Shown piece by piece: positions 17,754 through 27,179 of a stretch of DNA of 35,535 nucleotides (its first letter is position 1; every line of letters starts with the position of its first letter). The position numbers and the translations under genes are program-made. The notes below the pieces were generated by a model. It was not told the DNA's origin and did no database searches. It worked only from the letters and a program-made list of their open reading frames with translations. The DNA lies in the IMG/VR virus record IMGVR_UViG_2718218136_000003. One strand, given 5' to 3'. Source of the stretch: a virus. Taxonomy: Duplodnaviria > Heunggongvirae > Uroviricota > Caudoviricetes.

Positions 17754-18179
17754 ATGAAGAAATTATCCCTTTCACTGATGCTGAACGTGTCGCTGGCGCT
17801 GATGCTGGCACTGTCCCTGATTTACCCGCAGAGCGGGGGCGTCAATTTTGTCGCTGCCTGGGCGATTCTGGCGACGGCTATCTGTGTGGTTGCCGGTGGT
17901 GTCGGCGTGTATGCCACTGAGTATGTACTGGAACGCTACGGGCGGGAGCTGCCGCCGGAATCGCTGGCCGTGAAGATTGTCACGTCGCTGTTTTTGCAGC
18001 CGATGCCGTGGCGCAGACGGGCAGTAGCTCTGGTGGTGATGGTGGCGACATTTATCTCGCTGGTTGCTGCCGGGTGGATTTTTACCGCGCTGATTTATCT
18101 TGTGGCGTCGCTGTTTTTCCGGCTGATACGTACGGCCTGCCGCCAGCGTCTTGAGGGGCGGGAACCATGTCAAAGCTGA
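17754..18179 (+). CDS. lysA: Lysis-timing membrane protein LysA, 141 aa
   Basis: 141-aa ORF with multiple hydrophobic helices after K. Confidence 0.8.
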   Translation: MKKLSLSLMLNVSLALMLALSLIYPQSGGVNFVAAWAILATAICVVAGGVGVYATEYVLERYGRELPPESLAVKIVTSLFLQPMPWRRRAVALVVMVATFISLVAAGWIFTALIYLVASLFFRLIRTACRQRLEGREPCQS

Positions 18180-18592
18180 TGATTGTGCTGGTCGTGTTGT
18201 TATCGCTGGCGGTGTCCTGTCTGTTTCTGGAGAAACACAAAAATGCCAGCCTGCGCGCCTCGCTGGACAGGGCGAACAACGTCGCCAGTGAACAGCAGAC
18301 GACCATCACCGTGCTGAAAAAGCAGCTTCATGTTGCCATCACCAGGGCAGACAAAAACGAGCTGGCGCAGGTGGCACTGCGTCAGGAACTGGAGAACGCC
18401 GCGAAGCGTGAAGCACAGCGCGAGAAAACCATCACGAGGTTACTCAATGAAAACGAAGATTTTCGCCGCTGGTACGGTGCTGACCTGCCTGATGCTGTGC
18501 GCCGGTTGCACCAGCGCCCCGCCTGCACCGACGCCAGTGATTGTCCACAACGCCTGCCCGAAAGTGAGCCTTTGCCCGATGCCGGGCAGTGA
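18167..18592 (+). CDS. lysB: Spanin inner-membrane subunit LysB (Rz-like), 141 aa
   Basis: N-terminal TM helix plus charged coiled-coil region; P2 LysB length. Confidence 0.85.
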   Translation: MSKLMIVLVVLLSLAVSCLFLEKHKNASLRASLDRANNVASEQQTTITVLKKQLHVAITRADKNELAQVALRQELENAAKREAQREKTITRLLNENEDFRRWYGADLPDAVRRLHQRPACTDASDCPQRLPESEPLPDAGQ

Positions 18593-18737
18593 CCCGGAGA
18601 CGAACGGCGATTTAAGTGCCGATATCCGGCAGCTTGAGAACGCGCTGGCACGTTGTGCCAGCCAGGTAAAAATGATTAAACACTGTCAGGACGAAAACGA
18701 TGCTCAAACCCGACAGCCTGCGCAGGGCGCTGACTGA
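18447..18737 (+). CDS. lysC: Spanin outer-membrane lipoprotein LysC (Rz1-like), 96 aa, starting inside lysB in the +1 frame
   Basis: ORF 18330-18737 trimmed to ATG at 18447; lipoprotein signal MKTKIFAAGTVLTCLMLCAGC; Pro-rich mature region; overlaps the 3' part of lysB and the start of R. Confidence 0.8.
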   Translation: MKTKIFAAGTVLTCLMLCAGCTSAPPAPTPVIVHNACPKVSLCPMPGSDPETNGDLSADIRQLENALARCASQVKMIKHCQDENDAQTRQPAQGAD

Positions 18738-19167
18738 TGCCGTCACGGTGCTGAAAACTAACCCCGATATGCTGCGGATATTCGTGGATAACGGGAGAAT
18801 TGCCTCCACACTGGCGGCGTCGTTGTCATTCGAAAAGCGTTACACGCTCAATGTCATTGTGACCGACTTTACCGGTGATTTTGACCTGCTCATCGTGCCG
18901 GTGCTGGCGTGGCTGCGGGAAAATCAGCCCGACATCATGACCACCGACGAAGGTCAGAAAAAGGGCTTCACGTTTTATGCAGACATCAACAATGACAGCA
19001 GCTTTGATATCAGCATCAGCCTGATGCTGACCGAGCGCACGCTGGTCAGTGAGGTGGACGGCGCACTACATGTGAAGAATATCCCGGAACCCCCGCCGCC
19101 GGAGCCGGTCACCCGCCCGATGGAGCTGTATATCAATGGCGAACTGGTGAGCAAGTGGGATGAATGA
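18700..19167 (+). CDS. R: Tail completion protein R, 155 aa
   Basis: 155-aa ORF, P2 R length and position. Confidence 0.85.
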   Translation: MLKPDSLRRALTDAVTVLKTNPDMLRIFVDNGRIASTLAASLSFEKRYTLNVIVTDFTGDFDLLIVPVLAWLRENQPDIMTTDEGQKKGFTFYADINNDSSFDISISLMLTERTLVSEVDGALHVKNIPEPPPPEPVTRPMELYINGELVSKWDE

Positions 19168-19612
19168 GTTTAAGCGTTTTGAAGACCGGCTGACCGGACT
19201 GATTGAGTCGCTGTCACCGTCAGGGCGTCGGCGACTGAGCGCCGAACTGGCGAAACGTCTGCGGCAGAGTCAGCAGCGTCGGGTGATGGCACAGAAAGCC
19301 CCGGATGGCACACCCTATGCGCCACGCCAGCAGCAGAGCGCCAGAAAAAAGACCGGTCGTGTTAAGCGAAAAATGTTTGCGAAACTTATCACCAGTCGTT
19401 TTTTGCATATCCGCGCCAGCCCTGAACAGGCATCAATGGAGTTTTACGGCGGGAAGTCACCGAAAATCGCCAGCGTGCATCAGTTCGGTCTGTCGGAAGA
19501 AACCAGGAAAGACGGTAAGAAAATTGATTATCCGGCGCGTCCTCTGCTCGGCTTTACCGGTGAGGATGTGCAGATGATTGAAGAGATTATCCTGGCTCAC
19601 CTTGAGCGTTAG
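19160..19612 (+). CDS. S: Tail completion protein S, 150 aa
   Basis: 150-aa ORF, P2 S length and position. Confidence 0.85.
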   Translation: MNEFKRFEDRLTGLIESLSPSGRRRLSAELAKRLRQSQQRRVMAQKAPDGTPYAPRQQQSARKKTGRVKRKMFAKLITSRFLHIRASPEQASMEFYGGKSPKIASVHQFGLSEETRKDGKKIDYPARPLLGFTGEDVQMIEEIILAHLER

Positions 19613-19642
19613 TTTTATCCAGGCAGAGGCTGATGCGCAATT

Positions 19643-19678
19643 AAACATTGAGCGGCCATGCTGGTCGCTCAATGTTTA
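19643..19678. terminator. Perfect 12-bp inverted repeat (AAACATTGAGCG / CGCTCAATGTTT) with 12-nt loop between convergent S and the orf30-slot gene; candidate bidirectional terminator
   Basis: Inverted repeat read from sequence in the 71-bp gap between convergent genes. Confidence 0.55.
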
Positions 19679-19683
19679 GAGGT

Positions 19684-20469
19684 TTATGAGTGATTTTTAT
19701 TTGATGCTTTGTATTCTACAACCTTCTTATTGGCGTAAAGGAATTTTGTATATGACAGGAATATAACCAGACCTGAAATGAAATAGATGAGGGATGTTAT
19801 TAATAATGCTTTTTTTTGGCTGTTATTATCTTTAATCTCCTGACTTAACCATTCGGAGTCCTCCTCGTTTAGCTGTAAGAGCTTATTGCAGGCGATCTCA
19901 GGAAGTGTGTCTTTTATAAATACGTTTCGTAGCCTCTTGCAATCGGCAAGGCTATAAGTTTTATTGAATTCAACTGTTTTATTGTTGAAGGATAAAAGAA
20001 CTTTGTCACTATAAACATAGTACATCATATTTTTATATGGTATGCCTATGGCATCTCTTACTATAGCGGATTGTTTGTTGTGTATATAACATGCGAAGAG
20101 AATATAAATAATACTGGACAGAATTACAATTATTGTTTTAATTATGTGTGGTGGTTTTGTTATGTCACCCCAGAAGCGAGTAAGAAAAAAATACGATGTT
20201 TTTAGTTTTCCATCAATCAGCCCCTGCTGTATCATTCTCACATCTTCGATGCCTGATACATTGATTCCGTTAATTATTTTAAATAGTTGAATGTCGCGCC
20301 ATTTTTTGTCGAGCATTTTTAACTTTCTGTCTGAATACTCAAAATTGAAATGATGTGCAATAAACCTCATAAGATTACTTTTACCAAAGGTAATAAATGT
20401 TAATGCTATTAATAAAAATAGATACAAAGAGATAAACCACCACGCATTAGTCACATTATCACTGAACAT
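19684..20469 (-). CDS. Uncharacterised AT-rich integral membrane protein, 261 aa (P2 orf30 slot)
   Basis: Opposite strand to flanking tail genes; three strongly hydrophobic segments (WWFISLYLFLLIALTFITF, IIKTIIVILSSIIYILFACYI, ALLITSLIYFISGLVIFLSY); GAGGAGAG Shine-Dalgarno before ATG; Lys/Asn/Ile-rich composition. Confidence 0.6.
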   Translation of the reverse strand: MFSDNVTNAWWFISLYLFLLIALTFITFGKSNLMRFIAHHFNFEYSDRKLKMLDKKWRDIQLFKIINGINVSGIEDVRMIQQGLIDGKLKTSYFFLTRFWGDITKPPHIIKTIIVILSSIIYILFACYIHNKQSAIVRDAIGIPYKNMMYYVYSDKVLLSFNNKTVEFNKTYSLADCKRLRNVFIKDTLPEIACNKLLQLNEEDSEWLSQEIKDNNSQKKALLITSLIYFISGLVIFLSYTKFLYANKKVVEYKASNKNHS

Positions 20470-20552
20470 TACGCTCTCCTCGAATGTTGTATGGTCGTTC
20501 TACAAATGAATCCAGATAGCATAACTTTTATATATTGTGCAATCTCACACGC

Positions 20553-21188
20553 ATGAACACTCTCGCAAATATTCAGGAACTCGCGCGCGCACTGCGCAAC
20601 ATGATTCGTACCGGCCTTGTCGTCGAAACCAACCTTAAAGCCGGTCGCTGCCGTGTGCAGACCGGTGGCATGTGCACTGACTGGCTTCAGTGGCTGACCC
20701 ATCGTGCCGGACGTTCGCGCACATGGTGGGCACCTTCCGTGGGGGAACAGGTGCTGATTCTGGCTGTGGGCGGTGAACTCGACACGGCGTTCGTTCTGCC
20801 GGGGATTTATTCCGGCGATAACCCCGCGCCGTCTGCGTCGGCGGATGCCCTGCATATCCGTTTCCCTGACGGGGCGGTGATTGAGTATGAACCCGAAACC
20901 AGTGCACTCACGGTAAGCGGAATTAAAACGGTCAGCGTGACGGCTTCTGATTCTGTTACCGCCACGGTGCCGGTGGTCATGGTGAAAGCGTCAACCCGCA
21001 TCACCCTGGACACACCGGAGGTGGTCTGCACCAACAGGCTGATTACCGGCACGCTGGAAGTACAGAAGGGCGGGACGATGCGCGGCAACATTGAACACAC
21101 CGGCGGTGAACTCTCATCAAACGGTAAGGTACTGCATACCCATAAACACCCCGGCGACAGCGGCGGCACAACCGGGGGACCTCTATGA
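20553..21188 (+). CDS. V: Baseplate spike / hub protein V, 211 aa
   Basis: ORF 20535-21188 trimmed to MNTLANIQEL, giving the P2 V length. Confidence 0.85.
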   Translation: MNTLANIQELARALRNMIRTGLVVETNLKAGRCRVQTGGMCTDWLQWLTHRAGRSRTWWAPSVGEQVLILAVGGELDTAFVLPGIYSGDNPAPSASADALHIRFPDGAVIEYEPETSALTVSGIKTVSVTASDSVTATVPVVMVKASTRITLDTPEVVCTNRLITGTLEVQKGGTMRGNIEHTGGELSSNGKVLHTHKHPGDSGGTTGGPL

Positions 21189-21532
21189 CAGCGCGTTATC
21201 TCGGAATGAATCGCAGTGATGGCCTGACTGTCACTGACCTTGAGCATATCAGCCAGAGTATCGGCGATATCCTGCGCACACCGGTCGGCTCGCGGGTGAT
21301 GCGTCGTGATTACGGCTCGTTGCTGGCGTCAATGATTGACCAGCCGCAGACTCCGGCGCTTGAGTTGCAGATTAAGGTCGCCTGTTACATGGCAGTGCTG
21401 AAATGGGAACCCCGCGTCACCCTGTCATCCGTCACCACTGAGCGCAGTTTTGACGGGCGAATGACGGTCACGTTAACCGGCCAGCACAACGACACCGGCC
21501 AGCCACTTTCATTAACCATCCCTGTGAGTTGA
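21185..21532 (+). CDS. W: Baseplate protein W (gp25-like), 115 aa
   Basis: 115-aa ORF with ATGA overlap to V. Confidence 0.85.
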   Translation: MTARYLGMNRSDGLTVTDLEHISQSIGDILRTPVGSRVMRRDYGSLLASMIDQPQTPALELQIKVACYMAVLKWEPRVTLSSVTTERSFDGRMTVTLTGQHNDTGQPLSLTIPVS

Positions 21533-21536
21533 AACC

Positions 21537-22445
21537 ATGCCGATTATCGACCTGAACCAGCTACCCGCACCGGATGTGGTCGAGGAGCTGGACTTTGAAA
21601 CCATTCTCGCTGAACGCAAGGCGACACTGATTTCTCTTTACCCGGAAGACCAGCAGGAGGCGGTCGCCCGTACCCTGACACTGGAATCCGAGCCTCTCGT
21701 CAAACTGCTGGAGGAAAATGCTTATCGTGAGCTTATCTGGCGTCAGCGTGTGAATGAGGCCGCACGGGCGGTGATGCTGGCCTGTGCCGCCGGTAATGAC
21801 CTTGATGTGATTGGTGCCAATTACAACACCACGCGCCTGATTATTACTCCGGCAGATGATTCGACCATCCCGCCGACACCGGCAGTGATGGAATCTGACA
21901 CGGATTATCGTCTGCGTATTCAGCAGGCGTTTGAAGGCTTAAGCGTCGCCGGGTCGGTGGGAGCCTATCAGTATCATGGTCGCAGTGCCGACGGGCGTGT
22001 CGCGGATATCTCTGTCACCAGTCCGTCTCCGGCCTGCGTCACCATCTCCGTGCTGTCACGTGAAAATAACGGTGTGGCATCCGAAGATCTGCTGGCGGCG
22101 GTGCGTAACGCCCTTAATGGCGAGGACGTCAGGCCGGTGGCCGACCGCGTGACCGTGCAGTCTGCCGCCATTGTTGAATACCAGATAAACGCCACGCTTT
22201 ACCTTTACCCTGGTCCCGAAAGCGAACCCATCCGCGCTGCCGCCGTGAAAAAACTGGAAGCGTATATCACGGCACAGCACCGGCTGGGGCGTGACATCCG
22301 TCTGTCTGCCATTTATGCCGCTTTGCATGTGGAAGGTGTGCAGCGTGTCGAACTGGCTGCACCACTGGCCGACATCGTGCTCAACAGTACGCAGGCGTCT
22401 TTCTGTACTGAATACCGCGTCGTGACCGGAGGCTCGGATGAGTGA
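21537..22445 (+). CDS. J: Baseplate wedge protein J, 302 aa
   Basis: 302-aa ORF, P2 J length and position. Confidence 0.85.
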   Translation: MPIIDLNQLPAPDVVEELDFETILAERKATLISLYPEDQQEAVARTLTLESEPLVKLLEENAYRELIWRQRVNEAARAVMLACAAGNDLDVIGANYNTTRLIITPADDSTIPPTPAVMESDTDYRLRIQQAFEGLSVAGSVGAYQYHGRSADGRVADISVTSPSPACVTISVLSRENNGVASEDLLAAVRNALNGEDVRPVADRVTVQSAAIVEYQINATLYLYPGPESEPIRAAAVKKLEAYITAQHRLGRDIRLSAIYAALHVEGVQRVELAAPLADIVLNSTQASFCTEYRVVTGGSDE

Positions 22446-22968
22446 TTCGCGACTGCTGCCGACCGGCTCATCACCGCTTGAGGTCGCCGCCGCAAAAGCC
22501 TGTGCGGAAATTGAAAAAACGCCGGTCAGTATTCGTGAGCTGTGGAACCCGGATACCTGTCCGGCAAATTTGCTGCCGTGGCTGGCGTGGGCGTTTTCGG
22601 TCGACAGGTGGGATGAGAAGTGGCCGGAAGCGACAAAACGCGCCGTTATCCGCGATGCGTATTTCATCCACTGTCATAAAGGCACTATAGGTGCAATCCG
22701 GCGTGTGGTGGAGCCGCTCGGCTATCTCATCAACGTGACGGAGTGGTGGGAAAACAGTGACCCGCCCGGCACCTTCCGGCTTGATATTGGTGTACTGGAA
22801 AGTGGCATCACAGAGGCAATGTATCAGGAAATGGAACGGCTGATTGCTGATGCCAAACCTGCAAGCCGTCACCTTATTGGCCTGAACATTACCCGGGACA
22901 TTCCCGGCTACCTGTTCGCCGGTGGTGTGGCTTACGACGGCGATGTAATTACGGTTTACCCCGGATAA
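22438..22968 (+). CDS. I: Baseplate protein I, 176 aa
   Basis: 176-aa ORF, P2 I length and position. Confidence 0.85.
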   Translation: MSDSRLLPTGSSPLEVAAAKACAEIEKTPVSIRELWNPDTCPANLLPWLAWAFSVDRWDEKWPEATKRAVIRDAYFIHCHKGTIGAIRRVVEPLGYLINVTEWWENSDPPGTFRLDIGVLESGITEAMYQEMERLIADAKPASRHLIGLNITRDIPGYLFAGGVAYDGDVITVYPG

Positions 22969-22978
22969 GTGAGGAATA

Positions 22979-25297
22979 ATGAGCACAAAATTCAAAACCG
23001 TTATCACCACTGCCGGTGCAGCAAAGCTGGCAGCGGCAACCGCGCCGGGAGGGCGGAAGGTCAACATTACCACGATGGCCGTCGGGGATGGCGGTGGTAA
23101 ATTGCCTGTCCCGGATGCCGGACAGACCGGGCTTATCCATGAAGTCTGGCGACATGCGCTGAACAAAATCAGCCAGGACAAACGAAACAGTAATTATATT
23201 ATCGCAGAGCTGGTTATTCCGCCGGAGGTGGGCGGTTTCTGGATGCGTGAGCTTGGCCTGTACGATGATGCGGGAACGTTAATTGCCGTGGCGAACATGG
23301 CCGAAAGTTATAAGCCAGCCCTTGCCGAAGGCTCAGGACGTTCGCAGACCTGCCGCATGGTCATTATCGTCAGCAGTGTGGCCTCAGTGGATCTGACCAT
23401 CGACACCACAACGGTGATGGCGACGCAGGATTACGTTGATGACAAAATTGCAGAGCACGAACAGTCACGACGTCACCCGGACGCCTCGCTGACCGCAAAA
23501 GGTTTTACTCAGTTAAGCAATGCGACCAACAGCACGTCTGAAACACTGGCCGCAACGCCGAAAGCGGTTAAGGCCGCATATGACCTTGCTAACGGGAAAT
23601 ATACCGCACAGGACGCTACCACAGCGCGAAAAGGTCTTGTCCAGCTAAGTAGTGCGACCAACAGCATGTCTGAAACGCTCGCCGCAACACCAAAAGCGGT
23701 TAAGGCAGCGTATGACCTTGCTAACGGGAAATACACTGCACAGGACGCCACCACAGCGCGAAAAGGTCTTGTCCAGCTCAGTAGCGTCACCAACAGCGAT
23801 TCTGAAACGCTTGCGGCAACGCCAAAGGCGGTTAAGACAGCGTATGACCTTGCTAACGGGAAATACACTGCACAGGATGCCACCACCGCGCGAAAAGGTC
23901 TTGTCCAGCTCAGTAGCGCCACCAACAGCGATTCTGAAACGCTGGCTGCAACATCAAAAGCGGTGAAGTCTGCCTATGACAATGCTGAAAAACGTCTTCA
24001 GAAAGATCAGAACGGTGCGGATATTCCGGGAAAGGATACCTTCACGAAAAATATCGGTGCCTGTCGTGCTTATAGCGGCGCTTTGAGCACTGAAGCCGGA
24101 AACTGGACAACCGCTCAGTTTATTGAATGGCTGGATTCCCGTGGTGCATTTAATCATCCGTACTGGATGTGCAAAGGCTCCTGGTCATATGCAAATAACA
24201 AAATCATTACGGATACCGGATGTGGTGATATCCACCTGGCTGGTTGTGTCGTCGAGGTCATGGGAACTAAATCTGCAATCACTATCCGAGTGACCACGCC
24301 GACAACATCAAGCGGTGGCGGTACAACCAGCGCGCAATTCACTTACATAAATCATGGGGACGGCTACTCCCCCGGCTGGCGTCGTGACTGGAATCGTCAG
24401 GGCGACGCAATGACCGGAACGATTAATCAGGATGGCGGAAGCCAGAATGCCTATATGTCTACGGCCTTATGTTCAGGCACCAGAGGCGGCAAAAAATATC
24501 TCAGAAAGTTTCGTGGTGGAGAAGGAGACACTATCTGGCATGAAACAGTACAGGGCGGGGTAGTTCGCTGGGCGACTGGTAATACTGATGCTCAGGAAGA
24601 ATTATCACTCAGCTCCGCTTATGGTCTCCGTTCAAGAGGTGAGATTACATCAAGCAGTGCTAATGGTCTGCGCATTGCTTATGGCAATTATGGATTCTTT
24701 ATCAGGAATGATGGCAGCAGCACTTATTTTATGTTGACTAAATCAGGTGACAGATTAGGCACTTATAATAATTTAAGACCACTGATTATAAATGATGCCA
24801 CGGGTGCTGTATCAATGGGGCATGGCCTGAGTGTTACAGGTGATATTGTCTCAAGTACCAAAGTACGTGCCGGTAGCGGGAAAAAGTTCACGGTCAGCAG
24901 CAGCAATACATCCACGAAGGAAGCCGCATTCAATTTGTGGGGAAACTCAAGTCGTCCTGTGGTGGCTGAATTAGGTGATGATGCAGGCTGGCATTTTTAC
25001 AGTCAGAGAAATACAGATAACAGCATCACTTTTGCTGTTAACGGGCAGGTATCACCATCTAACTATGGAAACTTTGATTCACGCTATGTCCGGGATATCC
25101 GGCTTGGTGGTGCTGCCACATACAAACCTGCGAACAATGGTATGACATGGACACATCAGGCACCGTCCGGGTGTGTATATTCCGGCATTATTGTTCAGGA
25201 TACCGGCTCAAACTCTGCCGATAACATTGGTGGCGTATATTACAGACCGGTGCAGAAATACATTAACGGGACTTGGTATAACGTGGCGCAGGTATAA
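22979..25297 (+). CDS. H: Tail fibre protein H, 772 aa, with an internal tandem repeat array
   Basis: Long ORF after the baseplate genes; conserved N-terminus; central 44-aa repeats; Gly/Ser-rich C-terminal region. Confidence 0.88.
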   Translation: MSTKFKTVITTAGAAKLAAATAPGGRKVNITTMAVGDGGGKLPVPDAGQTGLIHEVWRHALNKISQDKRNSNYIIAELVIPPEVGGFWMRELGLYDDAGTLIAVANMAESYKPALAEGSGRSQTCRMVIIVSSVASVDLTIDTTTVMATQDYVDDKIAEHEQSRRHPDASLTAKGFTQLSNATNSTSETLAATPKAVKAAYDLANGKYTAQDATTARKGLVQLSSATNSMSETLAATPKAVKAAYDLANGKYTAQDATTARKGLVQLSSVTNSDSETLAATPKAVKTAYDLANGKYTAQDATTARKGLVQLSSATNSDSETLAATSKAVKSAYDNAEKRLQKDQNGADIPGKDTFTKNIGACRAYSGALSTEAGNWTTAQFIEWLDSRGAFNHPYWMCKGSWSYANNKIITDTGCGDIHLAGCVVEVMGTKSAITIRVTTPTTSSGGGTTSAQFTYINHGDGYSPGWRRDWNRQGDAMTGTINQDGGSQNAYMSTALCSGTRGGKKYLRKFRGGEGDTIWHETVQGGVVRWATGNTDAQEELSLSSAYGLRSRGEITSSSANGLRIAYGNYGFFIRNDGSSTYFMLTKSGDRLGTYNNLRPLIINDATGAVSMGHGLSVTGDIVSSTKVRAGSGKKFTVSSSNTSTKEAAFNLWGNSSRPVVAELGDDAGWHFYSQRNTDNSITFAVNGQVSPSNYGNFDSRYVRDIRLGGAATYKPANNGMTWTHQAPSGCVYSGIIVQDTGSNSADNIGGVYYRPVQKYINGTWYNVAQV
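23498..23980 (+). repeat. About 3.7 tandem copies of a 132-bp (44-codon) in-frame repeat inside H (KGLVQLSSATNSxSETLAATPKAVKAAYDLANGKYTAQDATTAR)
   Basis: Unit starts at 23498, 23630, 23762 and 23894; near-identical at nucleotide level; also produces mirror ORFs on the opposite strand. Confidence 0.9.
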
Positions 25298-25300
25298 TTT

Positions 25301-25828
25301 ATGCAGCATTTGATAAATATAACGGCAGGTAATCCAAAAACGGTTGAACAATATCAATTGACAAAAGACTTTGATGTTGTCTGGTTTTTTTCAGAAGATG
25401 GTAAGAACTGGTACGAAGAACAAAAGTATTTTGCTGATGACACGCTAAAAATAGCGTACGACAAAGATAATATCATCCGCTATGTGGAAAAGGATGTGAC
25501 AGCTATCAGACCGGATGGATTAAGTGTGGTTGAAGTGGCGGATATTACTGCTAACCGACGGGCGGACATTTCAGGGGACTGGATGTTTAAGGGCGGCAAA
25601 GTGATTAAACGCATTTATACGGCAGAGGAATTGCAGCAGCAGGCAGAAAACCGGAAAGCCAGACTTCTTGCAGATGCTGAATCCGTGATTTTGCCGCTGG
25701 AGCGCGCTGTCAGGCTGAATATGGCTACAGAGGAGGAGCGCACACGACTGGAAGCATGGGAACGCTACAGCGTTCTGGTCAGTCGTGTGGATCCTGCAAA
25801 TCCTGAATGGCCGGAAATGCCGCAATAA
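25301..25828 (+). CDS. G: Tail fibre assembly chaperone G, 175 aa
   Basis: 175-aa ORF immediately after H, P2 G length. Confidence 0.85.
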   Translation: MQHLINITAGNPKTVEQYQLTKDFDVVWFFSEDGKNWYEEQKYFADDTLKIAYDKDNIIRYVEKDVTAIRPDGLSVVEVADITANRRADISGDWMFKGGKVIKRIYTAEELQQQAENRKARLLADAESVILPLERAVRLNMATEEERTRLEAWERYSVLVSRVDPANPEWPEMPQ

Positions 25829-25862
25829 GTTGTATGAGCTCTGGTGTGAGCTTACATATCTA

Positions 25863-25905
25863 TGGCACAGAGTAAAGACTAATCTGACAGTCCGCTCTGT
25901 GCCAA
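25863..25905. terminator. 10-bp inverted repeat (GGCACAGAGT / ACTCTGTGCC-like) with long loop after G; candidate stem-loop or terminator
   Basis: GGCACAGAG at 25864-25872 pairs with CTCTGTGCC at 25896-25904; no strong U-tract. Confidence 0.35.
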
Positions 25906-26032
25906 AAACGGACATGTCAAAGCGCAGAGTGAATGGCTAAGTCTAGCTCATTAGAAATGTTCGCTTCATGAAAATGGCTGCAGCAAGGATCTATCTCACT
26001 GCGGCCTCTTTACAATAACGAAATTTTGCGAG

Positions 26033-26788
26033 CTATTCCTTGGCCTCTTTATTTTTCTCGCCATCGCCAATGTAAAGAAGATAATCGTTTAAGGATATCC
26101 TTCCGGAGGGGCCGGTCCATGTTATCAATCCGTTCTCACGAAGATTAAATAATGCTTCCATGAACTCATTATCGTTAAAAGAATGATCCTCTGAGAACAG
26201 AATGTTCATTTTTCTCAATAGTTCTTCCACTTTAATCTTTTCATATCGCCTTATCAGACTTAGTGCTTTACGACGCATTAAGATTGTAGGTACTGCTTGT
26301 GAACGAATGGTTTTTTGTATTCCACTATCAAGAACTTTCTTGATCTTGCTCTCTAACTCTTTGATTTTAGTTTCATTATCTCCATTGGACTTAAGCTTTT
26401 CATCAACGATGCAAATAATTTCCTGACTAATGCTGTTCTTGAGGTTGTTTATTTTTTCTTCATTGTTGAGAATCTCATCAGAGCTTCCTGCATGGGGTTT
26501 TTTCCATATGTGCTGACGCATATCCGTTACCGTATCTCTCATCATAGAGAATGTATCTGAATATAACTTGTCAAATATTTTTTCCAGTCGTTCGACACTT
26601 GCCTGGATGTCTTTTGCTGCTTTAGTTGTCTCTTTAGAAGCCTCATTCGACATTTTATAAAAAACAAAAGAAAGCCAAATAGCCCCAATGGCGAGTACTA
26701 ATGAGGCTATTGTGGCAATAAAACCTATTATTGTTATTGCTGTATCTAATGTGCCTGCTGCATCTGTGACTACTGTTTCTGCTGCCAT
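26033..26788 (-). CDS. Uncharacterised AT-rich membrane-anchored coiled-coil protein, 251 aa (P2 Z/fun slot)
   Basis: Opposite strand to the tail genes; N-terminal hydrophobic helix (ITIIGFIATIASLVLAIGAIWLSFVFY) followed by a Lys/Glu-rich region; GAGGAT Shine-Dalgarno before ATG at 26788. Confidence 0.6.
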   Translation of the reverse strand: MAAETVVTDAAGTLDTAITIIGFIATIASLVLAIGAIWLSFVFYKMSNEASKETTKAAKDIQASVERLEKIFDKLYSDTFSMMRDTVTDMRQHIWKKPHAGSSDEILNNEEKINNLKNSISQEIICIVDEKLKSNGDNETKIKELESKIKKVLDSGIQKTIRSQAVPTILMRRKALSLIRRYEKIKVEELLRKMNILFSEDHSFNDNEFMEALFNLRENGLITWTGPSGRISLNDYLLYIGDGEKNKEAKE

Positions 26789-27179
26789 ATATCCTCAATA
26801 TTTAACCATACAGGGTAGCGTGTTTTAACCGCGGGGAAGTCGGGGTGGTGACACCCTAGCCTTACCCCGATTCCAGAGTATTTATTTATCATACCATTGA
26901 AACTATTTAATTTTATCGAAAATTTTGTCAGAGCGTGACTGAAAAGTCTTCAGCACGTCAAGCATATCGTCGCCGTTCAATTAACACTGAGCCTTTTCTT
27001 AGAGGGGTGGGCTGCGCAGTTGCGAGGTTATGCCCCAGTTCCTAGTTCCTCACTACATTCTAATTAAGCCGGCCAACTAAATGTCCGCTTTTCGCTCAAA
27101 GCAGACTGTCAGATTTGATAGCGTTTGGGCTATGTAAATTGTCAGTTGGAAAATGAGTGAGTGCAAATCATGGCAGGCT

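Noticed and set aside
16915-19672. Alternative-frame ORFs across the lysis and R/S region, other than lysC
   Set aside because: Only the 18447-18737 frame has a bona fide lipoprotein signal and the expected Rz1-like position; the others lack start context and conserved features.
20469-23181. Long minus-strand ORFs such as 20469-20855, 20807-21247, 22056-22667 and 22471-23181 antisense to V, W, J, I
   Set aside because: GC-rich antisense frames; the sense-strand genes match P2 lengths and order.
23498-23980. Possible CRISPR array suggested by regularly spaced near-identical repeats
   Set aside because: The units are 132 bp, contiguous with no unique spacers, and in frame within tail fibre gene H; this is a protein-coding tandem repeat, not CRISPR. 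Mirror ORFs 23509-23925 and 23652-23966 are artefacts of the same repeats.
25301-26032. Possible invertible tail-fibre segment or DNA invertase next to H/G
   Set aside because: No invertase gene and no inverted crossover repeats flank the fibre C-terminus; the only inverted repeat (25863-25905) is a short hairpin.
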